A stretch of 61,884 nucleotides of DNA, counting the filler, from Sphacelaria rigidula (Eukaryota): the NCBI GenBank assembly GCA_964200075.2. It is 6 parts of 6 records of this genome, joined end to end, with 100 filler letters (N's around TTAATTAATTAA, not from the genome) between each part and the next. Parts side by side here need not be neighbours in the genome. Positions count along the whole stretch, not along the records: positions 1 to 10,233 come from CAXNAA020006887.1; positions 10,334 to 20,565 come from CAXNAA020006888.1; 4 more parts are not named here. The stretch is one strand, 5' to 3'. The notes beneath the pieces are model-generated. The model worked only from the letters and a program-made list of their open reading frames with translations, was not told the origin of the DNA and did no database searches. Position numbers and translations under genes: made by a program. Every line of letters starts with the position of its first letter. Position 1 is the first letter of the stretch. This document shows positions 1-10,439 of the stretch, in pieces.

Positions 1-1448
1 ATATACTAAAACCAAGTAATTTCCTGACGAATCATTATTTGTCCTAACCGTGCAACAATGTGAAGCATGCGGAGATGAGGTAGACGGTGGATTGATGGGG
101 ACTTCGTATTTGTAATTTCAGCACATTTTCAAGGCCGCTGATTGGTCGGAGCACTCTTTCGGCCTTGTTTTCGACCTTGGCGCCATCACTATGGTCTTCA
201 ATAATATATATGTATATATATAGCCGAGAGAGAGATGATTCTGATACACAGCTCATCGCACGCGACATGTTCGACCGCCGAGCGCAGAGTTGGTGATGTA
301 ATGATAAAAACAGTGTGCATTCCGTCCGTCGATTGGGTACCGACTGCTAGTGCTTCGAAACTGAGCTGCCGTGTTCAGCGGGTACATGGGTTGAGGAATG
401 ACGCAGGCAATTCGACCTTCCACCAGACGTTGGCTGCTCCATGTAAATATACAGTTTACCGTATCTGCCTGGTGAACTAACGACACGCCGTGAAATGAAG
501 TGGCGTGCGACATCAACTTTTGTTTGCTTTGAGAACCTCGGCGTTGTTGAGGGACTAGTGTACTTGAAGGTGAAAGGCAAGCCGTCATGAAAGCTACGGA
601 GTATGATAACATTCTTGTTTCATTCCTCCCTACATCCAAGTATCATGTACCGTGATGATCTGTCAGCCCCTGTTGTATAACTGGGTGATGAACGCTACCA
701 AGCCAACTAGTTCCAGGGGTGCTTCAGCGCATATATATATATATAGTGTGTGTGTTTTTCAACAAAATGTCCCACCCTGTTCGCGTAGACAAGCGCACGC
801 ACGTGAAATTCGGCGCCAAAAGTAAAATGACACGAGAGTGGTTCGATCGACGTATTAACAGCCGCAGAACAAGGCAGCACTAGGAAGAGAATGAGTGACA
901 CGATGTCTGTTTTGATGGCAGGATAAAGCCGACAATACTCTCAACAGTGTACATATTGCTACGATTCAAAACGAACCACTCCGTCCTGCGCAAGGCATGC
1001 GTGACAAGCTTGCGTAGGAGTAAATTCCACCAGGTCCCGTGATCATGAACAACTCCACGTGGGCATGAAAGGACCGATTCATCCCATCACGACATGGCAG
1101 TAGGATATCAACGCTGTACGTCCGTTGGTACGGAGCTCTACAAGAAGATGAACTCCTGGCCGTATCGGTACATTCGAAACCCCCATCCGCAGAGTGACGA
1201 TATTCGACGCCCTTGAATCGCAAGGCAGCGGTGTGTTTGAGTGTACTTGTGCCAGACAATCCAGTAGTCTGTATATTGTTTTCGGTGCACGAATGCCTCT
1301 GCCGGAAGTGAGCCCGAGAGCGTAACAAAGTGTGAAGTCCCGAATTGGCAACGTCCTTTCTGAGGACTTGGCAAATTGTTAGAGTGCAGTGCAGCACAGT
1401 ACAGTACAGTGGATTTGTAGATGCATAGATGGACGCACATGAACTTAC

Positions 1449-1833
1449 CTACTACGCACCCAGGGGTAGTCGTAAAGCAGGCGTACCCACGGCAAGTACA
1501 CGAAAGCGCTGGCAGATGGAGATTCGAGAGAAGGGGGAAACGACGGAGCAAAGGGAAAAAACCTGACACAGACGCCGGGCTAGGAACTACTCTGGTAACC
1601 GTCCCGACAATTAAACAGGTGTCAAGCCATTGCCCAAGCTTCAGCTTGAAGACCGTAGAAAACGGAAGACCGTGGGAATATGTTACGATTCAGCGATGTG
1701 GAGACAGGGCTATAGTCTGCGGGAGGTCTCAAGTGGAGATGGGAAACACAGGCACTCTTATATTATAGCACGGAAGCCGAGAGAGAAATGATAGTGGGTA
1801 GGAGACTTACCTGCGGAAAACGAGACGAGCAGC
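1449..1833 (-). other. Possible pair of spliced exons (1833-1811, 23 nt; 1562-1449, 114 nt) of an unknown transcript
   Basis: Both segments have CAG acceptors and consensus AG|GTAAGT donors on the minus strand. No recognisable protein; reading frame ambiguous. Confidence 0.3.
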
Positions 1834-3479
1834 CTGAAATCAGCGTACCGTTGTCATTTCTTACGTTAGCAAGCGAATAGAGAGTAAGCACTACACCATC
1901 CACGTGATGTGGATATCACAAGGCAGGGCAAAAGAAACAGTTCCATCCTTGAGACCCCTGACCCTCCGACGGTAGTCTAGTGCGCGGGATAATAATAAGG
2001 GGTGAATGAAAAATAAAATAGTCCACCTCTGTTTTTTGCGATATAACGAAGAACAATGTCGTTTTCCATTCCCTGCAAGATTCACACATACGGTACAGCC
2101 AAAGGGAATACCGCATGTCGATTTGAAGGTGAAGACCTGAACTCATTGACGATTGCCGGCTTTCCGTCGTCAAAATGATCAATCGTACCGGCAGGGCCAA
2201 TGACCAATGGGTCAAAACGAGCATGACCACGGGTTTTTCACCAGTATATCGTGTTGAGTTCAAGAAAAACACGTCTCAAGGGTCGTGATCATGGTGGGCA
2301 AGAGAACATGTCAAATCCGTCGCCATTCGTGAGATATTTATTTTCGAAGCCCCAAAAGAAAGATATTTGGTTCTTCTACCGATGGCTACATGGTGAAATG
2401 TAGGATATTTGCACACAGCTCACATTCAACTGCTTGGTTTTGATTTGTGGATTTGACCTTGTAATACTCGTGGCCGTGCGCTGTACACACATGCCTTCGT
2501 GCGCTTTACAGATCATACGCACAACTCGGATTCGCTACTGTAGTCACAAATGTTTCGTTTTCTTTTAAGCCCTGTTCTTGACTGCGGTCATTCGCATCAT
2601 GTACCATCTGGGAGTGAACAACAGTGGGCGAGAAATCGAGAGGTGATGACTTGTCTTAACTGGACCCGAAAAAGGCGTTCGAAACACAAAGCTTGAAGAG
2701 TTGAGCCTTGTGTTTGGTAGCCGAACAATGTCTTCCAATCACAAAGCGTACGTACGCTGTCATGTGCTTTTTTCCCAGAGTCATTTTTCCGGATGCCGTC
2801 AAAGCGAGCCCTTACACTAGAGCAGTGCATTTCCCTCCGTTGTAGGAGCTCGAACGTGCGGCATTATTAAGGGGCATCTGTGCCTTTTTCGGGGGGGGGG
2901 ATACTCGAGCCCAGCATGGTTGGACAAAAAGTGTTGTTGTTGGAAGGCTGGGTGCTGTGACATCGTCTTGGTGGACGGGCCCACAAAGAGTACGCAGCGA
3001 CGGCCGTTTGCTCGGCCACAACAATGGAAAAGAAATTATCCCTGTGGGAGAGGGAGGCACAGGGGAAGGTACCCCTCTTGTACCCACGCTCGGGAGAAAA
3101 TCGCACATTCCAGGATGACTCACTTGGCTTCGGCTTCATGTCGTGCTGTCGGGTGACCCTATAGGATGGACCTCGTACATCTTATGCCCTTGTATGAGAC
3201 TACGGAACCTCGTTATACCCGTGCTACCGAGGTTACTCATGACTACTGTATTTTGCTGTTTCGTCATTATTATCGCCATACTTCCTCTGTCCCATAAGTC
3301 TGGTCGGTCATGTTTGTACGGGCCCTTAACGATGTCCTACCGTTTTTTTTTAAGGAACTCTACGGTGATTTTTGGGCGAAAAAAATGTGTTCGAAATTTG
3401 CAGCTCGTGCTTGAACCATGCCGCCGAACGGCTGGGGAAAAAGTAGTCGGCCTCAAAACAGCCGTTTTTTTTCCCTTTC

Positions 3480-3550
3480 CGAGGGGGGATGCGAGGTCAC
3501 TGGTCTTATGACTATGGCATGGATGATCATGAGTACATCCCCCCCCCGCT
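3480..3550 (-). repeat. Fragment of dispersed repeat family A
   Basis: Reverse complement matches GGGG..GTACTCATGATCATGC..CCATAGTCATAAGA..GACCTCGCATCCC, also seen at about 20790, 30170 and 61710. Confidence 0.7.
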
Positions 3551-3793
3551 CTAGCACGCTCCGTTCCTCCCTGTATATTAGTCACATTCTATCCCTTTAT
3601 TAGTTCAACTATGTATAGCTTCGCTGCAACGGTAATCATGTGCATGTACTTGCTCTTCCACCCGACTACTGGTATACCTCTTCTTTCTTCTCTCTGGCAA
3701 GTTCAGGTCCCCCAACCGATATCGCAGCAGTTTCAAAAATTTCACCTGGTTCATTTGACCGCGCAAACATGTTATCATTCATATCCCTTCTTC

Positions 3794-3988
3794 AATGCGT
3801 GAGAGAGCCGCGGGCTTTTAGGACCGCATCGGATTTTGAGCATCCCTATGGTTGGGGTTAGGGTTAGTGTTACGGTAATTGTCAGGGACGTGGTATCTCC
3901 AGGGACTGACCCGATTGGTTTTGAAAAACGTCAATCCTGAGGCGTTTCGAACTACGGCGCGGTCGTCTAAGCACGCGGGCATCTTAGA
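3794..3988 (-). mobile_element. Diverged copy of the telomere-repeat-containing MITE
   Basis: Reverse-complement match to 13831-14047 (AATGCGTGAGAG terminus, GGTTAGGGTTAG core, CGATTGGTTTTGAAAAACG). Confidence 0.75.
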
Positions 3989-4885
3989 GAGAGGGAGAGA
4001 TACCGTATTCTAGCTTCCGAGTAACACTGTGTCTTCTGCATAATCCATCCGCAACTACCTCTACTTTATCGCTGCATTTTTATTTGCCGCTGGATTGCAG
4101 GAACCCTTCTCATCTCTTGCAGTATCCACGGGGCGCCCGATGCTGAAGCCCTCTGCCGTTCGCTGCTCCGTTCCGTCGTATGGCTTGGAGGACGAGAATT
4201 CACGGACAAACTGTGTGGCACGGGGCGCCACAAACATGTAACCTTGCCCGAGCTTTCAGTAGAAGAGCTTGCAACGTAATACGCGGGGGGTGAGGGAGAA
4301 AAATCGGGGCTGAATGGCCGACTACTATCATTGCTTACAGTATAAGACGGAGGCTTGCGTCAGCCCGGTGTACACAAGTCCAAGTCTACCAGGCTGTGGT
4401 CCGTGCTCCATGCAACGCTTTGCCACGTCGTAGTGCACAGTGTGTGTGGCTCGGCTTGGAGTGGACGTTTCACTTGTACCGATACGTGGTGCAACGGGAC
4501 GGCCGGGAAGGGCTAGTGGAGTTCGAACCTAGTGACGGGACCAATCGGTAGGTCTCATAGTAACATACTGCGTTGGAGATGCCACCATTTGCGATAGACT
4601 ACGAACGCGCGGGATTCGTGTTCGAGATGAAACAACTTGGATTTTTCGTGGGACACGCAACGACTTCGTGGGCATTCCATGTTGCCCACAGGCATTCGTA
4701 ACATGTATGAGGATTTCCCCTGTGCTCGTCTGAGACCAGTGTGGGTGGGCCGTTAGCCCATGTCAAGATGTAGAGACTAGCCTCGGGCGTGCGTATGCTT
4801 GCTCGTTGGTGGGTGTAACTGTATGTACCACCCATGGTTGGCCGATTCAAGAGTCGATTTGCAGAATTGAAGATGGAGCTGTTCG

Positions 4886-5260
4886 TTGAGGGTGATAACC
4901 CTGAAAATTATAAAATATCTTCGTATACACACCAGTTCTTCCAAATACTGTTCCATTTCTTCACCTCCTGGTAGTTGTTGACAATTACTTTACGCCATAC
5001 ACATCTGGTTTCCGGTAACCCAAATTTCGGAGTCCTGGTGAACAAAAACAACTCTCGGGGATCCAGGTGATCCGGTTTGATCACCTACATTCCCCATAAT
5101 CGTTTTTATACCCCAAACCCCGAAATTTTGGTCATGGGAATCCAGATTGGTATGACGCGGAGTAATTGTCGATAGCTATCAATAGGTGAAGGAAATGAAC
5201 CATATTCGGAAGAATTGGAGTGGAAACGAAGAACTTAATTTCCGAGTATATCATCCTGAA
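4886..5260. repeat. ~375-bp imperfect palindrome (foldback element or long hairpin)
   Basis: The arms pair along their length, e.g. TCTTCGTATACACACCAGTTCTTCC vs GGAAGAATTGGAGTGGAAACGAAGA. Centre is AGGTGATC-CGGTTT-GATCACCT at 5065-5086. Confidence 0.85.
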
Positions 5261-5394
5261 TAAAAACCTCCATACTCAATTTCGAAATGGACTGCCATCA
5301 GTGCATGTTTGAGTGCACTCACCGCCCGGGTCATCACAACCAGAGATGTGTACGAAGGAGAATTCGCCGCGCGGTGCGGATTTTCTTTTTTAAA

Positions 5395-5760
5395 CCTCAC
5401 GGAGCGGAGCGGGGCGGAAAACCGAATGCGCGAAAAAATTACGGATTATGACAGAGCGGATACCCGCGATGGAAAATGTCACGAACTATGACGGAGCGGA
5501 TGTGCGACCTTGATCATGGTATGGAGCGGATATCTGCTGGTGGGAAAATCACGGATTGTCTCTGAGCGGATATCCGCCGGCCACAAAAGCGCGGATCATT
5601 GCGGAGCGGATGTACGCGCGGTTTTTTCCACGAAGCGGATTGTCCCCCTCTGTGGAACAAACCGCACAAACCGCGGCATTTCCCCACGGTGCGCTGTGGC
5701 GAAAATCCGTCAGATGACACGGTTATCCGCGGAAATCGTTTTGATATCCGCGGATGAATA
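5395..5760 (+). repeat. Degenerate ~40-bp array with a GAGCGGAT core (probably transposon subterminal repeats)
   Basis: GAGCGGAT at 5454, 5494, 5524, 5564 and 5604; AAGCGGAT at 5633. Related GAGCGGAGC motifs at 7796-7833. Confidence 0.7.
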
Positions 5761-6164
5761 CCAAGAAGCAAAGTGCTGAAATAGTCGTTTTTTTGGGACT
5801 TCCAGATGCTGGACATTGCGAACACGGTGTAAAAGGTGAAGGAGGTGATCCAAGTTTGGGACAGGGGGGACGGCGGAGGAATGGTGCACACGGAACGTCG
5901 CGTCCCTGGAGGAGAAAATGAAGAATCAAATGAGAGCACCGAATATTAAATATTTGAGTGTCACCCCTTTGACAGCACAGGGTGACGGGGGGCGGGGCAG
6001 CAGACGCGCAACAGCAGCAGCGTCTGATCCAGGAGTGAGGCTCTCAACTACAAGAAGAAGTATGGAATGCATTCCTCAAGAATGACGTGAACAGCGGTAC
6101 AGTAGATTTCAAAAAAGATTTTCGTATTTTTTTCGTGGTCGCAAATATTCGAAAGTGCGTTCCA

Positions 6165-6410
6165 CCGCTCACCCCAATGAATGTTTGATCCCAAAGTTTG
6201 GGGATCGGGAGATACTAGGCACCCCCTCCACATTCTGACAAAAGATTACATGTGCACTCATTTTTGAACGGTTCACGGGCCGACCGGTGTTTGGGGGTCC
6301 TGAGACTACCCAGCCCCAGGTTCTGACCGTCCGTTGAGAGTATTTGCTCGATCGGAGCAATCTCAATCGCCATCGTGAACAAATGAAAATAAGAGTTTTT
6401 TTTTTTTAAT
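6165..6410. mobile_element. Partial copy of the TIR element at 15800-16540
   Basis: Reverse-complement match to 16300-16530 (GGGAT.GGGAG.TACTAGGCA.CC.CTCCACAT; GGGGTCCTG.GACTACCCAGCC.CAGGTTCTGA). Confidence 0.7.
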
Positions 6411-6505
6411 TTTCACCTGAATTCATCACGCAAGGGCTGGAAAACTGTTTTTCGTGCCAGTGACGGTCGAAAAGATCCCCCGTCCTAACGGCCAAGGAGC
6501 AATGG

Positions 6506-6710
6506 TACGGTAGGGGCGCACTATCTGCGGGAAATCTGGATCAGGGCATGCCCGTTCGCAAAGTCATTCGGGATATTCCCAGCACATTGAGAGAGTAATC
6601 CTGGCGTACTCTCACATACTGTATACATCTCATAAATCTTATGTTTTGGATGAGATGAAGGGCTCCCAACCATGCTCACCTCCGGAAATATTTGTTGCAC
6701 CCCGACCGTA
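6506..6710. mobile_element. MITE with TA target duplication (Tc1/mariner-type)
   Basis: TA-CGGTAGGGG ... CCCCGACCG-TA termini. Related copies at 7848-7930 and 25902-26150. Confidence 0.7.
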
Positions 6711-6734
6711 GCATCACTCCGACAACCCCATTTA

Positions 6735-6910
6735 ACAGTGTTTTCGTGAGATTGAGAGTAGATGATAAGATTGAGAGTGAAAAGCGGTCGATCAGTGAAT
6801 GAATCGTTTCAGTTCCGAAATGCACTTCCACGAGGCCCAACATGCTTTCTGCAATATTATTTGAGGATTATGTTGTCAACACGACCTGTTTCTCTTGCCA
6901 ATATCGATCG
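6735..6910 (+). mobile_element. Truncated copy of the CAGTGTTTTCGTGAG MITE
   Basis: Matches the first ~170 bp of 56077-56376. Confidence 0.75.
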
Positions 6911-7514
6911 ACGCTGGGACTCTCAAGCGCCCAGGAGAGATTCTGTACTACACGAGAAAATTCAAGGTATACCCAGAGACGAAAATTGCCCAATCAAGCG
7001 CTGCATAGCAGGCGGGGGTTAGTCAATTCCGATCACTCTCATGAATGATTTTGCAAACCCTTTTTTTCCATATTTACCTGCCCATTGCGCGAAGAAAGCC
7101 GAATCCATGTGTTTTGGACCGAAAGACGATCAATTTGACTCGAAACATTATTTTTGTATCCTTGGAGTTCAAACGTGTCAGGCATTCGGAACAATTTCGT
7201 CCTTGGCATATGTCGTGGCTTTTTAGCGGTTTCATCTGAGTCATGCTACGGAGAACGTACGGGTGAAGGTCGGAGTGCAGAGTTTCAAAACCAACCGTAT
7301 CGGCGAATGCTTTCCCCGAACGGTTTTTTTAATACTCCGAATTCCCAGTTATCGGGCAGCATTCGAAACATTCCGTGGAGATCCGCGGCTTTTCAGGGGT
7401 TCAATCCGTGAGTTATGCTACGGGAAACGCACGAATGAACTTATTATTATTTTGTTTATCACAACATACGGAGTGGATAAAACCGCTCCGTAAAAAAACG
7501 TGCTTCAACAATAA

Positions 7515-7757
7515 TAGTGTTTTCGTGAGATTGAGAGATGATCCGATTGAGAGTGACTTTGATCATTCGCTTTGAGTGAGGCATTTTTCATTACACGTGT
7601 GCTTTTCTTCAATTCCATCACTTGCGTGTGCTTACAGCTACACGTCGATATCCTACCCAGGAATATCAAGGGCCTCTGAAACGATTCATTCACTGATTGA
7701 CCGCTTTTCACTCTCAATCGTACCATCTACTACTCTCAATCTCACGAAAACACTGTT
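7515..7757 (-). mobile_element. MITE with (C/T)AGTGTTTTCGTGAGATTGAGAG TIRs (hAT-like termini)
   Basis: Left end AGTGTTTTCGTGAGATTGAGAG, right end CTCTCAATCTCACGAAAACACTG. Homologous to 56077-56376. Confidence 0.85.
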
Positions 7758-8261
7758 CTTCATGGTTCCAACAGCGCAGCTGTAATCCATAAGGAGCGGA
7801 GCGATTTTTGTGAAATTGTCACAGAGCGGAGCAGGTATGAGGAATTCTACGGTAGGGGTGAACATATTTTTTCTGAGGTTTGAGTTGTTAGGAGCCCTTC
7901 ATCTCATCAAAAACACGACTTCTGAAATAATCTATTGCCAAACTTGAAATTTTATCAATCATTCTTTCCCCGCGGGAGGCCTCATGAGCGTTTTGCACTA
8001 TGATAATAGCGCCCGTGAGTAGACTGGCGTGAATACATCATGCGCTCGCTACTGTACCATATTATGTACCCAGCACCTACGATGACACAGTGTGTCTTGG
8101 ACTTCGTAGGGTACATTTTCATCCTCCTAGTGTACCCGATCGCGGTCAGCCGTTGCACAAAAAAAAAAAAGTGTCGCGCGGGAAACACCCAGCGACGAAT
8201 GCCACAGCCAGCCCTGCAGCGGGAGGAACACAAGATATACATATCTCGAGTATAAGTCAGC

Positions 8262-8492
8262 ATGGGTATATTCAAGACACTAGTCTCTGGCGCTTCGGCC
8301 CTCTTTATGAGCGTCCTTGTACTCAGGCACTCGATGGCGCTTGACGAGCTTGATGGAGCTGAGATTGTCGATCTAACCAGCTCCCTTGACCCCCTGGAGA
8401 TCGAGACGTGCGATGATCTATGGGAGATGTATGATGGCGCGGGTCCCATCGCTGTACACGTGAAGGGCGACATGATGTGCACCCAGCATAAG
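8262..8492 (+). CDS. First coding exon of a secreted adhesin/Pmp-like protein
   Basis: ATG plus signal-peptide-like MGIFKTLVSGASALFMSVLVLRHSMA, then acidic ...IETCDDLWEMYDGAGPIAVHVKGDMMCTQHK. Donor AAG|GTGCGT, 231 nt, phase 0. Confidence 0.75.
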
Positions 8493-9667
8493 GTGCGTTC
8501 GCTACTGTTCTGTGCACTGTTTCTTACGGGTGCAGTTTAGGCTTGTTATGCACTGAACTGAAGCAACATGCATGTCCGTAGCGGCCATAGGCTATCATGT
8601 CAGGTCTGCACTACTATTGTAAAACAGTATAGGAGTAGTCGTCTTCACAAACAAGTTCTGCTGAGCCCATGGCAGGGCCTCCTCGGCGGTTTACTGTATA
8701 GCACTAGAGAGAGCCGACACGTCGTATCCGTGCAATAAGATACCTTACTCGTATTTGAGGTACGGTGCACTACATTTGCTTTTATTTGATGTTGTGTTCG
8801 TGCATACCGTGGGGCGCTTGATCCAGCCACGTGCAACCTGTTGACGTCCCCAGGATCCATCTGGAAAAACCATTCATCTGTTCATTATAAACGGTACAGT
8901 TCAGTGTACATTCAACAACAGCGATACATGTACCCCCTTCAGTCTCAATATTGCCAACATCTCGCGCGGGATCCTCGGTCGCATATGGCGTATTTTTGGC
9001 TGCTTGTGAGAGGCAACATCAGAGACACGAAACGAGGGCCTAATAATGTACAGCCGGGGGAATCAAAATCCGAGAACTGCTGACTATATGGTACCGTAGT
9101 CGATTACTGATTGAGATAGAGAGCTGCTTACTTGCAGAGACAATACTCTCCCTGAATCCGATCAGCCGAAGATATCGTCAGACACTAAGATGACACCCTG
9201 TAAAACAGATTGTATCATCAAAACGTGTGCTGCGTACAGCATAGAATCTACTGTCTATTGCCTTCGACACAATAGTCGATACTGTACACAGACAGTACAG
9301 TTATTGACGTGGTGATTTTTGCCCAGGGTATGACTGAGATACTCGTACTGTGCTTCCTTCATTGTAAAAGGCGTCGAGGCCATCTTGCATAGGTAGGGTA
9401 GTCCGGCAAATCATGTACAGTATGTCAACCCCACTCGAGCAGTACCCGCACGTCATAGAGGTATGGCCGCACGCTGCCATGAACGTAGCTAGCATGTATG
9501 GGTGGGGGAAGGACATGGCAGCCATGCCCGGTAGGCTAGGTAATGGGCGAGGGCGAGGGGGCTGTCTCTGTGTCGCGATGTTTGTAGGCGACATGATCGT
9601 CAGCTAAATGATCACAGGACTACTTTCCCGGTGTTTCGCTTCGAATCCTTTAACCCATGGCAAGCAG

Positions 9668-9799
9668 ACAGTCCATGCGAAAGGAGCGGTGAGTCTTATG
9701 TTCTTCTTCGAACATGCCTCATTCAGTAACATCCGGTTCATCATCGAAGAGGAGGCATCGGTCATATTCGCGTGCGGCAGTGTGCGCTTTGGCCCCGAG
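9668..9799 (+). CDS. Second exon of the same secreted protein
   Basis: CAG|ACA...GAG|GTATGT, 132 nt, phase 0/0. Encodes TVHAKGAVSLMFFFEHASFSNIRFIIEEEASVIFACGSVRFGPE; FSNIRF recalls brown-algal adhesin-like proteins (from memory, not searched). Confidence 0.7.
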
Positions 9800-10233
9800 G
9801 TATGTATGAGTATGCGATCGATTTGAAAGAGGTGTAGGCTGTCGCAACTCGTCTCTGAGATTCATTGTTGAGCCAACAGCTAATACAGGCAGACAGTACA
9901 GTACTAGTTTCAGGATAGACCGCCACGTTCGGATCTCATGGCGACTAGCAGTCGAGGGCTCATCGCCGTTATGCACAGGAAGAGTGTTTACTCCGATTGG
10001 GGCCTACCTTATGGCGTAGCTTCCAGCTCTGTGAATACACACTTTGTCTAGGCTACCCCCTGCGCCGCTCTTGCCCAAGGTTTCTGGGGATACCTCGGGT
10101 TGGGTTTAATCGATTTTACCCGCACCAATTTTCCCGCAGGTGTATGATGGTTGATTGTACCCTGAATGTGACGGTCAAACAGGGGTACTATGGTCACGGG
10201 TAATTGTCGGATATTCCGGTGCTTTGTTTTACA

Positions 10234-10333
10234 NNNNNNNNNNNNNNNNNNNNNNNNNNNNNNNNNNNNNNNNNNNNTTAATTAATTAANNNNNNNNNNN
10301 NNNNNNNNNNNNNNNNNNNNNNNNNNNNNNNNN
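10234..10333. other. Artificial contig spacer (44N-TTAATTAATTAA-44N)
   Basis: Identical 100-nt spacers at 10234, 20566, 30898, 41228 and 51558. The linker has stops in all six frames. Confidence 0.99.
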
Positions 10334-10404
10334 GTTTCGGTTGGCAAAAACCGACCGAAAAACCAACCGAAAACCGAATTTTCGGTTTTCGGTTCACAGC
10401 ACTG
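10334..10404 (-). mobile_element. DNA transposon terminus with AACCG(A) subterminal repeats (hAT-like)
   Basis: Repeated AACCGA/TCGGTT motifs ending in ...GGTTCACAGCACTG (reads CAGTGCTGTGAACCG on the minus strand). Confidence 0.55.
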
Positions 10405-10439
10405 CTTGTACCACATCACGCTGAAACTGTTCTGTTGAT

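Noticed and set aside
10278-10289. TTAATTAATTAA as a biological motif
   Set aside because: Synthetic six-frame-stop linker inside N spacers.
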